Shown here: one piece after another, positions 1 to 9,556 of the stretch | Numbering within the stretch: position 1 is the stretch's first letter | Layout of the letters: every line of letters begins with the position of its first letter | Source of the DNA: Nitrosopumilus sp. | Lineage (GTDB): Archaea > Thermoproteota > Nitrososphaeria > Nitrososphaerales > Nitrosopumilaceae | Length of the DNA: 64,000 bases | Direction of reading: 5' to 3' | NCBI GenBank assembly: GCA_965218695.1 | Contig: OZ244651.1 | Span: 448,001-512,000, forward strand | Notes under the pieces: generated by a model | Seen by the model: the letters and a program-made list of their open reading frames with translations, nothing else | What the model was told of the DNA's origin: nothing | Databases searched by the model: none | Made by a program: the position numbers and the translations under genes

Positions 1-74
1 CCCCTTTTGTCGACCACGCACACGTCACACTTTTTCTTTCCGATGTCTATTCCTATGCTTATGTTTGTGTTCAT
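1..74 (-). CDS. IS110-family (DEDD) recombinase/transposase, N-terminus only; runs off the window start
   Basis: Minus strand from ATG at 74 reads MNTNISIGIDIGKKKCDVCVVDKRG, matching the GIDxxK..xVxD start of the IS110 RuvC-like domain. Strong SD (GGAGGTGA) upstream. Confidence 0.8.
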   Translation of the reverse strand, partial: MNTNISIGIDIGKKKCDVCVVDKR

Positions 75-256
75 CCTTTTCTATCACCTCCTTTCGGATA
101 TCTTGGTAGACCGGAAGCTGCACTCACCTATCAGGGCGCGAGGCCCAATTATACAGCAGCTCGGATTGCCCCATTCATGATCAAGGGCGCGTAGCCCATA
201 CGGTACGAGGGGTCGATCCACCGCAGCACCTGCGCCGGGGTGGTTTACATGTATTC
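75..256 (-). ncRNA. Putative IS110 bridge/seek RNA in the element's non-coding end
   Basis: About 180 nt between the junction and the transposase ATG. On the minus strand: a 5' hairpin (218-243), then two internal-loop stem-loops (169-212, 116-161), both capped by GGGC-N5-GCCC. Confidence 0.7.
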
Positions 257-695
257 ATGATGCTGATCATCAGAGTCAAACGTGATGGAATAACCATGAG
301 GGATTCTGCAAAATCCCTGGGAAAGTCAGCCTCGTGGGGCTACAAGTGGCACGAGCGCTACCTGGAAGTCGGATTTGACAGGCTGGGAAACATGCCGCGC
401 TCCGGCAGGCCGACCAAGGCGAGCAAGGCAGACATGAAGAAGATCAGAAAGGCCGCATGCAGGAAACCTGTCTGGACTGGCATGGAGATGCAGCAATACA
501 TCCAACAGAAGACCGGAGTAAAGTACGAACTCGGATATGTGCGCCAGATACTGCGCGGGTGGGGCTATTCCCAAAAGGTTCCCGTAGGAAAACATGCAAG
601 AAGGGCGCCTGACGAGGAGATCAGGAAATTCCAAAAAGAGATGCCAGAGATTATAAAAAAAGAACAGTGAAGGAACAGTCGTCGCGATACAGGAC

Positions 696-1930
696 GGCGT
701 TGTCCACCTTTTGATAATCCTGCTCTATTTCACACTATTTTTGGTTCATTTTGGCATCCCAAACCTGGACTCTGAAGGGGTTTCTGGTGTCGGCAGGCTT
801 GCGGTTGGTCGTTTTTGAGCCGTTTTCATCTAGTGGTGCATGGCATCCGCTGGAACCGGAAACCGGCATTCTGCCCCTACCGGGACCCCTATGCTATCAG
901 GTTGTAGCAGATGCTTCGCAGGATTATCTGGAGTCTCTGCATGGGAAACGTCTTTGCGGCCACGACGGAACCGAACCTCTCCTTCATGGATGAGAACACG
1001 GACTCGACAAGACTGCGCTGGTGGTACACCTTCTCGAACCCTTCCCGATCCCGCCTGAACCAGCGGAGCATCTCTGCCCTGGGATTGAAGCCCTTTGCGG
1101 TGTGGTTCTTGCGGGGCCAGATCACCGGTTTTCTGCCGCTGTCGTAGATCATCTTGCAGTTTGCGTGCGCGTCATACGCCGAATCCAGCATGACGTGCCC
1201 GTCGCCGTCTGGCGTGCGGGCAAACATCTTCCGGAATATCGGCGAGTCGTGGGCAAGTCCGGGCGTCACCATGCATGCGGCGATCCTTCCGTGCGGGGCT
1301 ACCAGTATGTGCAGCTTGACGAACTGACGCCTGGGTATGATGCCCTTCTTGGCATCCTCCCAGTCGGCGTAGATGTTGATGGAAAATCCGCTTGCGTCCC
1401 CAAGGAGCGGACCGTGAGCGTCACTCCCTGCCTGTCCCAGGATCACTTCCATCAGAATCTTCTGCTTTTCTGCCAGCCTCTTGGCTGCCGCATGCAGGCA
1501 CGATTTGGACGGAACGGCTTTTAAGCCGCAGACGTGCAGTGAACCTGGGTTTGCCTCGAGGTACGAGACGTGTTCCCGGTACGAGTTGCCGCGAAACTCC
1601 TTGTCCATGAGGCAGATCAAGTAGGAGATCATGCGCCGGTCCTTGTCGGACTTGGGCTTGCAGATCTCGTACAGGATGGTGGTAAGGGCGAGGATTCCGA
1701 TTGACACTCGTTTCCCCTCCCCACTCCTTCGCATCTCGTATTTTTTGCTGTAGCCTTTCGGGCGCACCCATTTCTTCTTGTCTTCCTTGTCTCTGTTCTT
1801 TGCTTTCCTCTTTTTTCTATTGGAATTCATTAATTGTGGGCAGGATCGGTGATCCAAAACTTTTCGGATGTCTGACGCTAATGATCTTTAAGCGTAACGC
1901 TGCTTTTTTGAGGAAGATGTGGACAACGCC
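696..1930 (-). mobile_element. IS5-family (IS903-like ends) insertion sequence
   Basis: TIR GGCGTTGTCCAC / GTGGACAACGCC; 10-bp TSD GATACAGGAC (686-695, 1931-1940). Confidence 0.9.
889..1857 (-). CDS. IS5-family DDE transposase
   Basis: DASGF, KLH, LDSAYD and YHQRSLVESVFS motifs. Confidence 0.9.
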   Translation of the reverse strand: MDHRSCPQLMNSNRKKRKAKNRDKEDKKKWVRPKGYSKKYEMRRSGEGKRVSIGILALTTILYEICKPKSDKDRRMISYLICLMDKEFRGNSYREHVSYLEANPGSLHVCGLKAVPSKSCLHAAAKRLAEKQKILMEVILGQAGSDAHGPLLGDASGFSINIYADWEDAKKGIIPRRQFVKLHILVAPHGRIAACMVTPGLAHDSPIFRKMFARTPDGDGHVMLDSAYDAHANCKMIYDSGRKPVIWPRKNHTAKGFNPRAEMLRWFRRDREGFEKVYHQRSLVESVFSSMKERFGSVVAAKTFPMQRLQIILRSICYNLIA

Positions 1931-2771
1931 GATACAGGACGAGTCCATAGTAATCTCCGATGCGCGGCCGCGAAGACGCGGCTACACCAGGAAGGGAATA
2001 CGGGCGTTTTTCACGTACACCGGCTCACACTCCAAGACGATAATCCATGGACTAATCACCACGGACGGCAGGGGCATGTTCCGGCAGTACGATGCGTTTA
2101 CCAAGGACACCTTTGAGGACTTTCTAAGGCAGGCGATGTACAGGTTCAAGAAGATCTGCCTGATCATGGACAAGGCCTCCTAGCACAGGGCATCAAACAT
2201 ACGCAAACTGCTTGATGGCACAGACGGCCTGGAGATAATCTTCCTGCCAACTGCAACCCCGGACCTGAGCGCCATAGAGACGTACTGGAGGGATCTCAAA
2301 CGGGCAGTGCTTGACGTGCCGTACACCAGCCTGAGCATGCTCCGCGAGGCGATCACCAGGTACGCGAGGTACAAAAAACCGAATCTGGTAGTCGAGAATT
2401 TTCTGTACAGGGCCATCTAGAACGACATCAAACCGCACCGGATCCACGCCGCCTAGCGTGTGCCATGCACGGCGCACCAGAGCATGCAATGTCTAATGTT
2501 TGGAGCGTCTTTTCTCGTCATTTGGGAATTCAACGCACCTCGTAATTTCCAGAGACGGCTGTTGCATCAAAAATTTATGAGCGATTTTGATATGAATTTT
2601 TCATTGCTGGTATATCCTCTGTGTTAACTGTATGCTCCGCATGGTTGGTACTTTGGATCTAAACGTGTAAGTCAAAGCTAAGACAGGCGCCGCAGTCTGG
2701 ACGTGGCGAATGCCCCGTAAATTATTTTTTGACCTGATGACTTCTGGGAAGCCCCATTTTTTGACAAAATG

Positions 2772-4243
2772 TCATATCTCCAGAATCCTATTTTTAATCA
2801 AGTCTGTGACCCTGCTATAGAATTCCGGCTTTACTTTCCCAACCCGTTTAACGACATCTGTTTTGAGTACTGTAAACATGTTGTCACAAACTACTTGGCT
2901 AGGTTTGGGAAGCGGGTTTTCTTCCAGATCGCTATTTTTTATTTTGATCATGTATGGATCTGTCGTATCTATGGATGTAACTGCCAAACAAATCAGGATT
3001 TTACTGGAAGGCTGAAGTGATGTCGAGGAAAATTTTGATACTATCATAATTGGCCTAGTTTTGACTTCTTTTCCAGGAAAAGCAATTTGAGCTAATAATA
3101 TTTCCCTTGGTTCGAATTTAATGCTATAGTGGCGATCAAAAGTTCCTGCAAAATAATTCGGCTTTTCTGTTAAGGAATTTGAACAAATCCAGATTGAATC
3201 TTGCAGTTCGATAATACTGGGAGACGGCACTGTGCATGTCCAAGAAGGTTTTGTAGTATTCTGAGACAAGCAGGTTCCGTTTTCCTTGGTGCCAGCATTC
3301 TTCCACGGCGTTGAGATACGGCGAGCCTTTTGGCAGGTATATGATCTTGATGTTCTTGTTCTCGCGCAGCAGCGTCCGGACGGCTTTTGCGCGGTGCGGG
3401 GACGCCCTGTCCACCATGACGGCCACCTTCCCAAAATGCCTCTGCAGGGCCTTGAGGTACGCAACAAATGTGGGCGCGTTAAACCCGCTGGCAGTCCTGA
3501 AGAACTGCCTGCCATCGGTCGTGACTGAACCGTACACGGCGATTCTTTTGTGGCTTCCCGTATATGGCACGGTTATTGGCACCCCCACAGGCGACCAATA
3601 CTTGCGACCCGATTTTACGTCGTGTATGAAGAACGCCTCGTCTTCCACGACTGGGACAAAATCGTCCTTTTCTAGGCGTGAAATTCTCTTTTTGAGGCGA
3701 TATTGCCAGCTTTTTACGGCCGTTTTGGTGGCCCTGTTGATGTGGATCCTTTGCGACCCCTTGGGAGACAGGCCGTATTTTTGCATGATTTTCCTGATAT
3801 TCGTTCTGTGCATCTTTGTTCCCGTTTCCCTGTGTATGACCTGCTGCAGTTCGGCAGGAGTGGTCTTGAACCGGTCCACTACCTTGTCCAGTATGCCGTC
3901 CATCGCTTCCGGCGAAATCTTGGGCGGCCTGCCGGATCTGGGAAGATCCCGGAGGCCTTCGAGGCCTCCTTCCTCGTATCTGCGCATCCAGCGGTATACC
4001 CACCGGTCAGCCTGCAAGAGAATGTCTGCGGCATCGCTTATGCTCATCTTGCGCACGTGTACCATGTGCACTGCAAGCATTCTGACACGCACCCTGCCGT
4101 CTTTTTCCTTTTTGTACGCCTTTTCGAGTTCTTCCTGTTTTGTTTCGTCCATGCTGCGTTCAAGGACCACGGATCTACATAGTTTTCGGGCAGAATTTGT
4201 CAAAACTTTTGCGCGTCACTATAGTAGTCTGTCCAGAACTCAT
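2772..4243 (-). pseudogene. PemK/MazF-family toxin split by IS630
   Basis: KTRPIMIVS..CLAVTS..LPKPSQVVCD motifs. Removing the IS and one TA restores MSSGQTTSIKFEPRE from ATG 4243. Confidence 0.8.
3127..4221 (-). mobile_element. IS630-family element with single-ORF transposase (3136-4203)
   Basis: TA duplication (3125-3126, 4222-4223); imperfect TIR TAGTGGCGATCAAAAGTT / TAGTGACGCGCAAAAGTT; HTH plus EDEA..DRA..LNAVE DDE motifs. Confidence 0.9.
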
Positions 4244-4487
4244 CTTCTTTGTTATCCCAAACCCTGCCCATAACTTTTTGAGACAGTCTTTGCAAGTCTG
4301 GATCTATGACCCTGATCTTGGATTCTGTTTGGGTTTTTGAATTATCATTCTCAAAAAATTTCGATCCCGCTGACGTAAACATGGCTTTTCTCCATCTGGT
4401 TGCATCCAAAAGTGCTTTGGTATCTATACCATCGGGCTTAAAATCTCGACGCCTTTGGGACACCGGTTCAAAGTTGCAAATCTTCAT
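4200..4487 (-). CDS. Putative antitoxin partner of the MazF-like toxin
   Basis: Directly upstream of and overlapping the toxin start; acidic C-terminus VWDNKEDEFW. Native TAG disrupted by the IS. Confidence 0.6.
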   Translation of the reverse strand: MKICNFEPVSQRRRDFKPDGIDTKALLDATRWRKAMFTSAGSKFFENDNSKTQTESKIRVIDPDLQRLSQKVMGRVWDNKEDEFWTDYYSDAQKF

Positions 4488-4500
4488 CTAGGTTCTGTTA

Positions 4501-4710
4501 ACTTATAGGCACCTGAGCGCAAGTGTTAACCGTCGGCACCTGCCACGCTACGTCAACGAATTCGCCGGGAGGCACAACGTCAGAAGCATGGATGCCATCC
4601 GCATGATGGCGGCACTGGCGCGCGGCATGGCAGGCAGGCGGCATGGCAGGCAGGCAGGCAGGCGGCATGGCAGGCAGGCAGGCAGGCGGCCTTTTCGCGT
4701 TATTTGCCAT
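4501..4710 (+). pseudogene. IS1595-family transposase C-terminal remnant
   Basis: Reads TYRHLS..RHLPRYVNEFAGRHNVR..MAGRR, resembling the IS1595 HL.RY..EF..R.N motif; contains an expanded GGCA microsatellite. Confidence 0.65.
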
Positions 4711-4791
4711 CTTCTTACGGTCCATAGTTTCCTAATAAGGAGCCCAAAAATGAGGGCTAAGATTCATATCTAAAATTTTCTGCTACACCAT

Positions 4792-5580
4792 GTGGACAAG
4801 ATAAGACATGGCACCCCGGTGCTATTCTACTTTAACCGCTCCAAGAAGTGGCTTGTAAGGATATCCAAAAACGAGTCCCTTCACACCCACATCGGGGTGA
4901 TAAGACACGCAGACGCCATCGGAAAGGAGTTCGGATCCCGCGTCATCACAAACAAGGACAAGTACGTCTACCTGATAAGGCCCACCACGTACGACTACGT
5001 CATGAAGATCCAGCACGGGACCCAGATAGTATACCCCAAGGATCTCGGCTACATCGTGGCAAGGGCGGGCATCCAGAGCGGCCAGAAGATACTGGAGGTC
5101 GGCACGGGCAGCGGCGCCCTTACCTCCTTTATTGCAAGCATCGTAAAGTCGTACGGGCACGTGTACACCTTTGACGTAAACGAGGACTTTATCAAGATAG
5201 CAGCAAAGAACATCCAAAAGGCCGGGGTCTCAAAGTACGTCACCCAGTACAACATGGATCTCAAGACCGCAGAGGAGGTGCCCCCCCTGCCAGAGATGGA
5301 TGTTGCGCTGATTGATCTGGGGGATCCCTGGGAGGTGATCCCGCAGGTGCGGCAGATGCTCAAGGGGAGCGGCGCAGTCTTTGCCATATGCCCCACGATG
5401 AACCAGCTGGAGCGGCTCACCGCGTGCCTGGTCCAAAACGAGTTTACCGACATAGAGTCCACCGAGCACATAATCAGGACGATCGAGGCAAGGGAGGGAA
5501 AGACGAGGCACGCCTTCCAGGGAATAGGCCACACCACGTACCTGTGCTTTGCGCGAAAGGCCTTCTTTGGGAGAAGTTAA
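4792..5580 (+). CDS. trmI: tRNA (adenine-N1)-methyltransferase
   Basis: TQIVYPKD, EVGTGSGALT and DLGDPW motifs. Confidence 0.92.
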   Translation: MDKIRHGTPVLFYFNRSKKWLVRISKNESLHTHIGVIRHADAIGKEFGSRVITNKDKYVYLIRPTTYDYVMKIQHGTQIVYPKDLGYIVARAGIQSGQKILEVGTGSGALTSFIASIVKSYGHVYTFDVNEDFIKIAAKNIQKAGVSKYVTQYNMDLKTAEEVPPLPEMDVALIDLGDPWEVIPQVRQMLKGSGAVFAICPTMNQLERLTACLVQNEFTDIESTEHIIRTIEAREGKTRHAFQGIGHTTYLCFARKAFFGRS

Positions 5581-5620
5581 GACAAGATTTATTCGATCAT
5601 CGCACCCCTATAACACCATA

Positions 5621-6478
5621 TTGAAAAGACTGACTGCCTCTGCCGTGAGACGGTTCGTTCCTGCGCGCAGCAGCACCTCGCGCAAGGGCCAGAACGGGAC
5701 GGTCCTGATAGTGGGCGGGAGCCACGTGTACCATGGGGCGCCGATCCTGGCATCGCTTGCCTCGCTCCGAAGCGGCACCGACCTGGTATACACTGCCGTC
5801 CCCAAGATCAACGTGGCGCCCACCCGGGCAGCCTCGCCTGACCTGATAGTAATTCCGCTAGCGGATCAAAAGATCACGCGTGGCGCCGTAAACAAGCTTG
5901 TCGGGGCCCTGCCCCTGGGCCTGGACTCGGCTGCAATCGGCATGGGCCTTGCAGTGCATGACAGAGGCGCCCTCGTCCACCTCGTAAAGTCGCTTCTGGA
6001 CCGGGACGTCCGGCTGTCCCTGGATGCAGGGGCGCTGCTCCCCGAGGTCCTGCCGATCTTGGCAGGACGCAACGTGGTGGTCACCCCCCATGCAGGCGAG
6101 TTTGGGAGGCTCTTTGGGCAGGCCGCGCCGGAGTCAGGAGGCGGCAGGGTCATGCTGGCAGAGGAGATGGCCAAAAGGCACGGCATCACAGTCCTGCTAA
6201 AGGGGCCCACCGACATCATATCTGACGGGGCCGCCACGTATCTCCACTCCAAGAGGACCCCTGCCATGACCGTCGGAGGGACAGGGGACGTCCTGTCGGG
6301 ACTGGTTGCAGGGATGCTGGCACGAAACCGCAGCCCGCTTGAATCCGCGTCGGCTGCCGTATTCATCAACGGGCTGGCAGGAGCAGACGTGCAGAAGAGC
6401 CTCGGACTCCACATGGCCGCCACCGATCTGCTGGATGCCATTCCGCGCGTGATGAGGCCGTTTGACAGGATAGGGTGA
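5621..6478 (+). CDS. nnrD: ADP-dependent NAD(P)H-hydrate dehydratase
   Basis: KGQNGTVLIVGGS, TPHAGEF, LKG and GGTGDVLSG motifs; TTG start chosen. Confidence 0.9.
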   Translation: MKRLTASAVRRFVPARSSTSRKGQNGTVLIVGGSHVYHGAPILASLASLRSGTDLVYTAVPKINVAPTRAASPDLIVIPLADQKITRGAVNKLVGALPLGLDSAAIGMGLAVHDRGALVHLVKSLLDRDVRLSLDAGALLPEVLPILAGRNVVVTPHAGEFGRLFGQAAPESGGGRVMLAEEMAKRHGITVLLKGPTDIISDGAATYLHSKRTPAMTVGGTGDVLSGLVAGMLARNRSPLESASAAVFINGLAGADVQKSLGLHMAATDLLDAIPRVMRPFDRIG

Positions 6479-6482
6479 CTGG

Positions 6483-7850
6483 ATGGACGTATTCAAGCAA
6501 GTGGATTTGGGCATGGAGCACCTCATCTCGGATCTGCAGACGCTGATAAGGCAGCCAAGCGTCTCTGCCACGGGCCAGGGAATCCAAGAGTGCGCCGGAC
6601 TGGTGCACAAGATGATGACATCTGCAGGCATTCCATCCAAGATCCTGCACCTGGAAGACGAGGGGGTGGCAGCGCCGATAGTGTTTGGCCACGTAAAGTC
6701 CAGGCAGAACCCCCGCCGGACCCTGATGTTTTACAACCACTACGACGTGCAGCCTGCCGAGCCGCTTGGCCTCTGGGACGATCCGCCGTTTGGCGGAACC
6801 CGGAGGGGCAACCGGATATTTGGCAGGGGGGCCACAGACGACAAGGGGGAGCTGATCACCCGAATCAAGGCAGTCGAGGCGTTCTTGCAGGAGACCGGGG
6901 ACGTCCCGTGCAACATCAAGTTTGTCGTCGAAGGCGAGGAGGAGACCGGAAGCGACCACATCGCCTTGTACCTGAAGAGATACCGGGACATCCTTGCGTG
7001 CGACGGCGTAATCTGGGAGTTTGGGTACGTTGACGCGCAGGACAGGGCCGTCATCGGCCTCGGAATGAAGGGCCTCCTGTTTGTGGAGCTGCACGCAAAA
7101 GAGTCCGTGCAGGACGCGCATTCAAGCCTGGCAGCGCTGATAAAGAACCCTGCGTGGCACCTGATCGGGGCCCTGGCAACGCTGCGCGACCCCGACGGGC
7201 GGATTCTCATACGGGACTGGTACCGGGACGCGATACCGTTCTCTGCAGGGGAGCTGGACCTGATACGCGACGAGCCCTTTGACGAGGACGCGCTCAAAGA
7301 CGAGTTCGGGGTGGACTCTTTTGTGGGCGGCGTGAGCGGGTTCGAGGCAAGAAAGGCCCTGGCCGGGGGCGCCACATGCAACATAGCAGGACTGGCCTCG
7401 GGATACGCCGGGGACGGAGCAAAGACCGTCCTGCCGGGGCACGCCACTGCAAAGATCGACTTTCGGCTGGTCCCGGGGATGGACCCGCAGAGACAGGCCG
7501 AACGGCTGAGGAGCCACCTAAAATCCAAGGGGTTTGGCGACATAGGGGTGAGGGTGTTTCACGGGGTGGCTGCTGCAAGGACCAGCCCGTCTGATCCGTT
7601 CGTGAGGGACGTAAAGGATGCAGCAGACTCTTTCTTTGCCGGCTCCATCCTGAACGTCTCAAATGCCGGAACCGGCCCCATGGACTCGTTTGCAGGCATC
7701 CTGGGCGCCCCGTGCATCTCGATAGGAAGCACGTACGTCTTCTCTCGGATGCACTCCCCCAACGAGTTTGCCAGGATCGACCTGCTAAACAAGACCACAA
7801 AATGCATCTGCAGCATCATGCAAAACTTCGGCAGGACTCGGGGGCAGTAG
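6483..7850 (+). CDS. M20/M25/M40 metallopeptidase (ArgE/DapE-like)
   Basis: YNHYDVQP, GRGATDDKG, EGEEE and HSPNE motifs. Confidence 0.9.
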   Translation: MDVFKQVDLGMEHLISDLQTLIRQPSVSATGQGIQECAGLVHKMMTSAGIPSKILHLEDEGVAAPIVFGHVKSRQNPRRTLMFYNHYDVQPAEPLGLWDDPPFGGTRRGNRIFGRGATDDKGELITRIKAVEAFLQETGDVPCNIKFVVEGEEETGSDHIALYLKRYRDILACDGVIWEFGYVDAQDRAVIGLGMKGLLFVELHAKESVQDAHSSLAALIKNPAWHLIGALATLRDPDGRILIRDWYRDAIPFSAGELDLIRDEPFDEDALKDEFGVDSFVGGVSGFEARKALAGGATCNIAGLASGYAGDGAKTVLPGHATAKIDFRLVPGMDPQRQAERLRSHLKSKGFGDIGVRVFHGVAAARTSPSDPFVRDVKDAADSFFAGSILNVSNAGTGPMDSFAGILGAPCISIGSTYVFSRMHSPNEFARIDLLNKTTKCICSIMQNFGRTRGQ

Positions 7851-7887
7851 TAGTCCACAACCCCCCTGGGGATGCCAAAAAAAAGAT

Positions 7888-8304
7888 CTAGTGGAGGATT
7901 CTTGGAATCTTCTTGACTGCGTGCACCAGCGATATCCTTCCTGGCCCTGCAATCACGATCACGAGCGCTGCTGCCAGCAGAATCAAGTCAAGCTCGATTC
8001 CGCGCTCGCCTGTTATGCTCCCGGCGCCCTTTACGTGGAATATTGCCCCCAGCATCACTATCGACAGCATCGCTGCCGAAAACCTGTTGAGCACGCCTAT
8101 GATCAGCAGTATTCCTGGAACCGTCTCTGCCAGCGCTATCGGTATCTGCATCTCTGCCGGAATTCCAAGGCTCCCCAGAAAGCCTGCAAACCCGGGGTTG
8201 AACTTTCCAACGCCGTGCAGGATGAAGATTACGCCTATGGAGGATCTCAAGCCCATGAATACGGCATCGTTTAGGATCCATCCTCTTATCTCTGCTGTTG
8301 CCAT
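7888..8304 (-). CDS. DoxX family membrane protein
   Basis: FILHGVGK motif, four hydrophobic segments, GPGRISL end. Confidence 0.85.
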   Translation of the reverse strand: MATAEIRGWILNDAVFMGLRSSIGVIFILHGVGKFNPGFAGFLGSLGIPAEMQIPIALAETVPGILLIIGVLNRFSAAMLSIVMLGAIFHVKGAGSITGERGIELDLILLAAALVIVIAGPGRISLVHAVKKIPRILH

Positions 8305-8453
8305 GCCGCAAATTGCCCACTCTGGTATATTATCATGTCGTTTCCGGCGGCAGCCTGTTCCATGGTACAAGAATCATGGTTTTGGACAACAACAACGGGA
8401 GACACCTGCCTTGTTTAGAAAACCCTTTATTATGCAGACGGATTTTCTCAATC

Positions 8454-9053
8454 ATGTCCATGTACATGCCGGGCGCCACCGCCGTTGGAGTCACCTTCGA
8501 GGGCGGCGTGGTGTTTGCAAGCGAAAAGCGCATCGCCTTTGGAAACTTTCTGGTAAGCAAGTCCACAAAAAAGACCTTCCCCCTCACGCCCAAGGTGGGC
8601 GCGACCTGCGCCGGCCTCGTAGCCGACATGCAGATCCTGTCACTGCAGATATCAGCACTTGCAAAGATCAGAAAGATGGATCTGAGGCGTGATGTTCCGC
8701 CCAACACCGTGGCCAAGATGATGTCAAACATGATGTACGAGCGGAGATACTTTCCGCTGCTCACGCAGGTGATAGTGGGCGGGGTAGTCGGCAAGCCGGC
8801 CATGTACACGCTGGATCCCCTGGGCTCTGTCCTTCCGGATCAGTACGCCGCGGTGGGAACCGGGGCCGAGATGGCGCTGGGAGTGCTGGACCCGCAGTTC
8901 CGTCCGGGCATGACCCGCGACGAGGCAGTGGATCTGGTAAAGCGCGCGGTGCGCTCTGCGTCCCTGAGGGACTCTGCAAGCGGCGACGGCATAGACGTCA
9001 TGGTAATCACCGGCGACGGACTCGAGGAGTTCACCGAATCCATAAACAACTAG
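8454..9053 (+). CDS. psmB: Proteasome beta subunit
   Basis: GVVFASEKR, AGLVADMQ, LDPLGS, AVGTG and RDSASGDG motifs. Confidence 0.92.
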   Translation: MSMYMPGATAVGVTFEGGVVFASEKRIAFGNFLVSKSTKKTFPLTPKVGATCAGLVADMQILSLQISALAKIRKMDLRRDVPPNTVAKMMSNMMYERRYFPLLTQVIVGGVVGKPAMYTLDPLGSVLPDQYAAVGTGAEMALGVLDPQFRPGMTRDEAVDLVKRAVRSASLRDSASGDGIDVMVITGDGLEEFTESINN

Positions 9054-9514
9054 TCGTGGATGGTCTTGCCGGTCTCCCAGAACCTGTCTGAGATGTAGTG
9101 AAGGTTCTCCAGCACCTCTCCCCTCTCCATGGATTCTGCCTCTCTGCTTGAAACCAATGCCCTTCCGACCGCCAAAAACTTGTGCCTGGACTCCTCTGCT
9201 ATGCACACTATGGAGTCCTTTTCAAACTCGGTAAACGACGTGATTCCGGGCCTCATCAGGTTTGCCCCGTTGCACATGAACCTGACTGCCCCCATGTCCA
9301 CCGTGACGCTTGGAAACTTCTTTAGTACCTCAGTCTCTGAGAGAAACGGCAGGTAGCCCTTGTCAGTCTTTAGTATCTTTACGCCGCCTCCGGTGATCAT
9401 CTGCGCGCCGTCTGATATGCTGTGGACAGTCATGTTTCTGACCCTTGGAAACTCGACGCCCCACTGCTCGGACACGGTCTTGAGGATTGCAGACGTCTGG
9501 CTCTTTGAGATCAT
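9050..9514 (-). CDS. PUA-domain RNA-binding protein (MCT-1/Tma20-like)
   Basis: VDMGAVRFMCNGANLMRPGI and LHYISD motifs. Confidence 0.88.
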   Translation of the reverse strand: MISKSQTSAILKTVSEQWGVEFPRVRNMTVHSISDGAQMITGGGVKILKTDKGYLPFLSETEVLKKFPSVTVDMGAVRFMCNGANLMRPGITSFTEFEKDSIVCIAEESRHKFLAVGRALVSSREAESMERGEVLENLHYISDRFWETGKTIHD

Positions 9515-9556
9515 GTTGGATTTTATGCCCCTGTCATCTCCTGCATGATGATGCTG

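Larger units (their letters stand above)
257..2612 (+). mobile_element. IS630-family element, pseudogenised (IS110 in its 5' part, IS5-like insertion, internal TAG)
   Basis: ORF 257-670 plus 1931-2420 are paralogous to the intact copy at 45722-46969. CAG>TAG at 2181. Right end ...attgctggta|TA at 2612. Confidence 0.85.

Noticed and set aside
8454-8490. Proteasome beta subunit with GATA in place of the catalytic GTTT
   Set aside because: Probably the non-catalytic beta paralog found in archaea with two beta genes; not novel.
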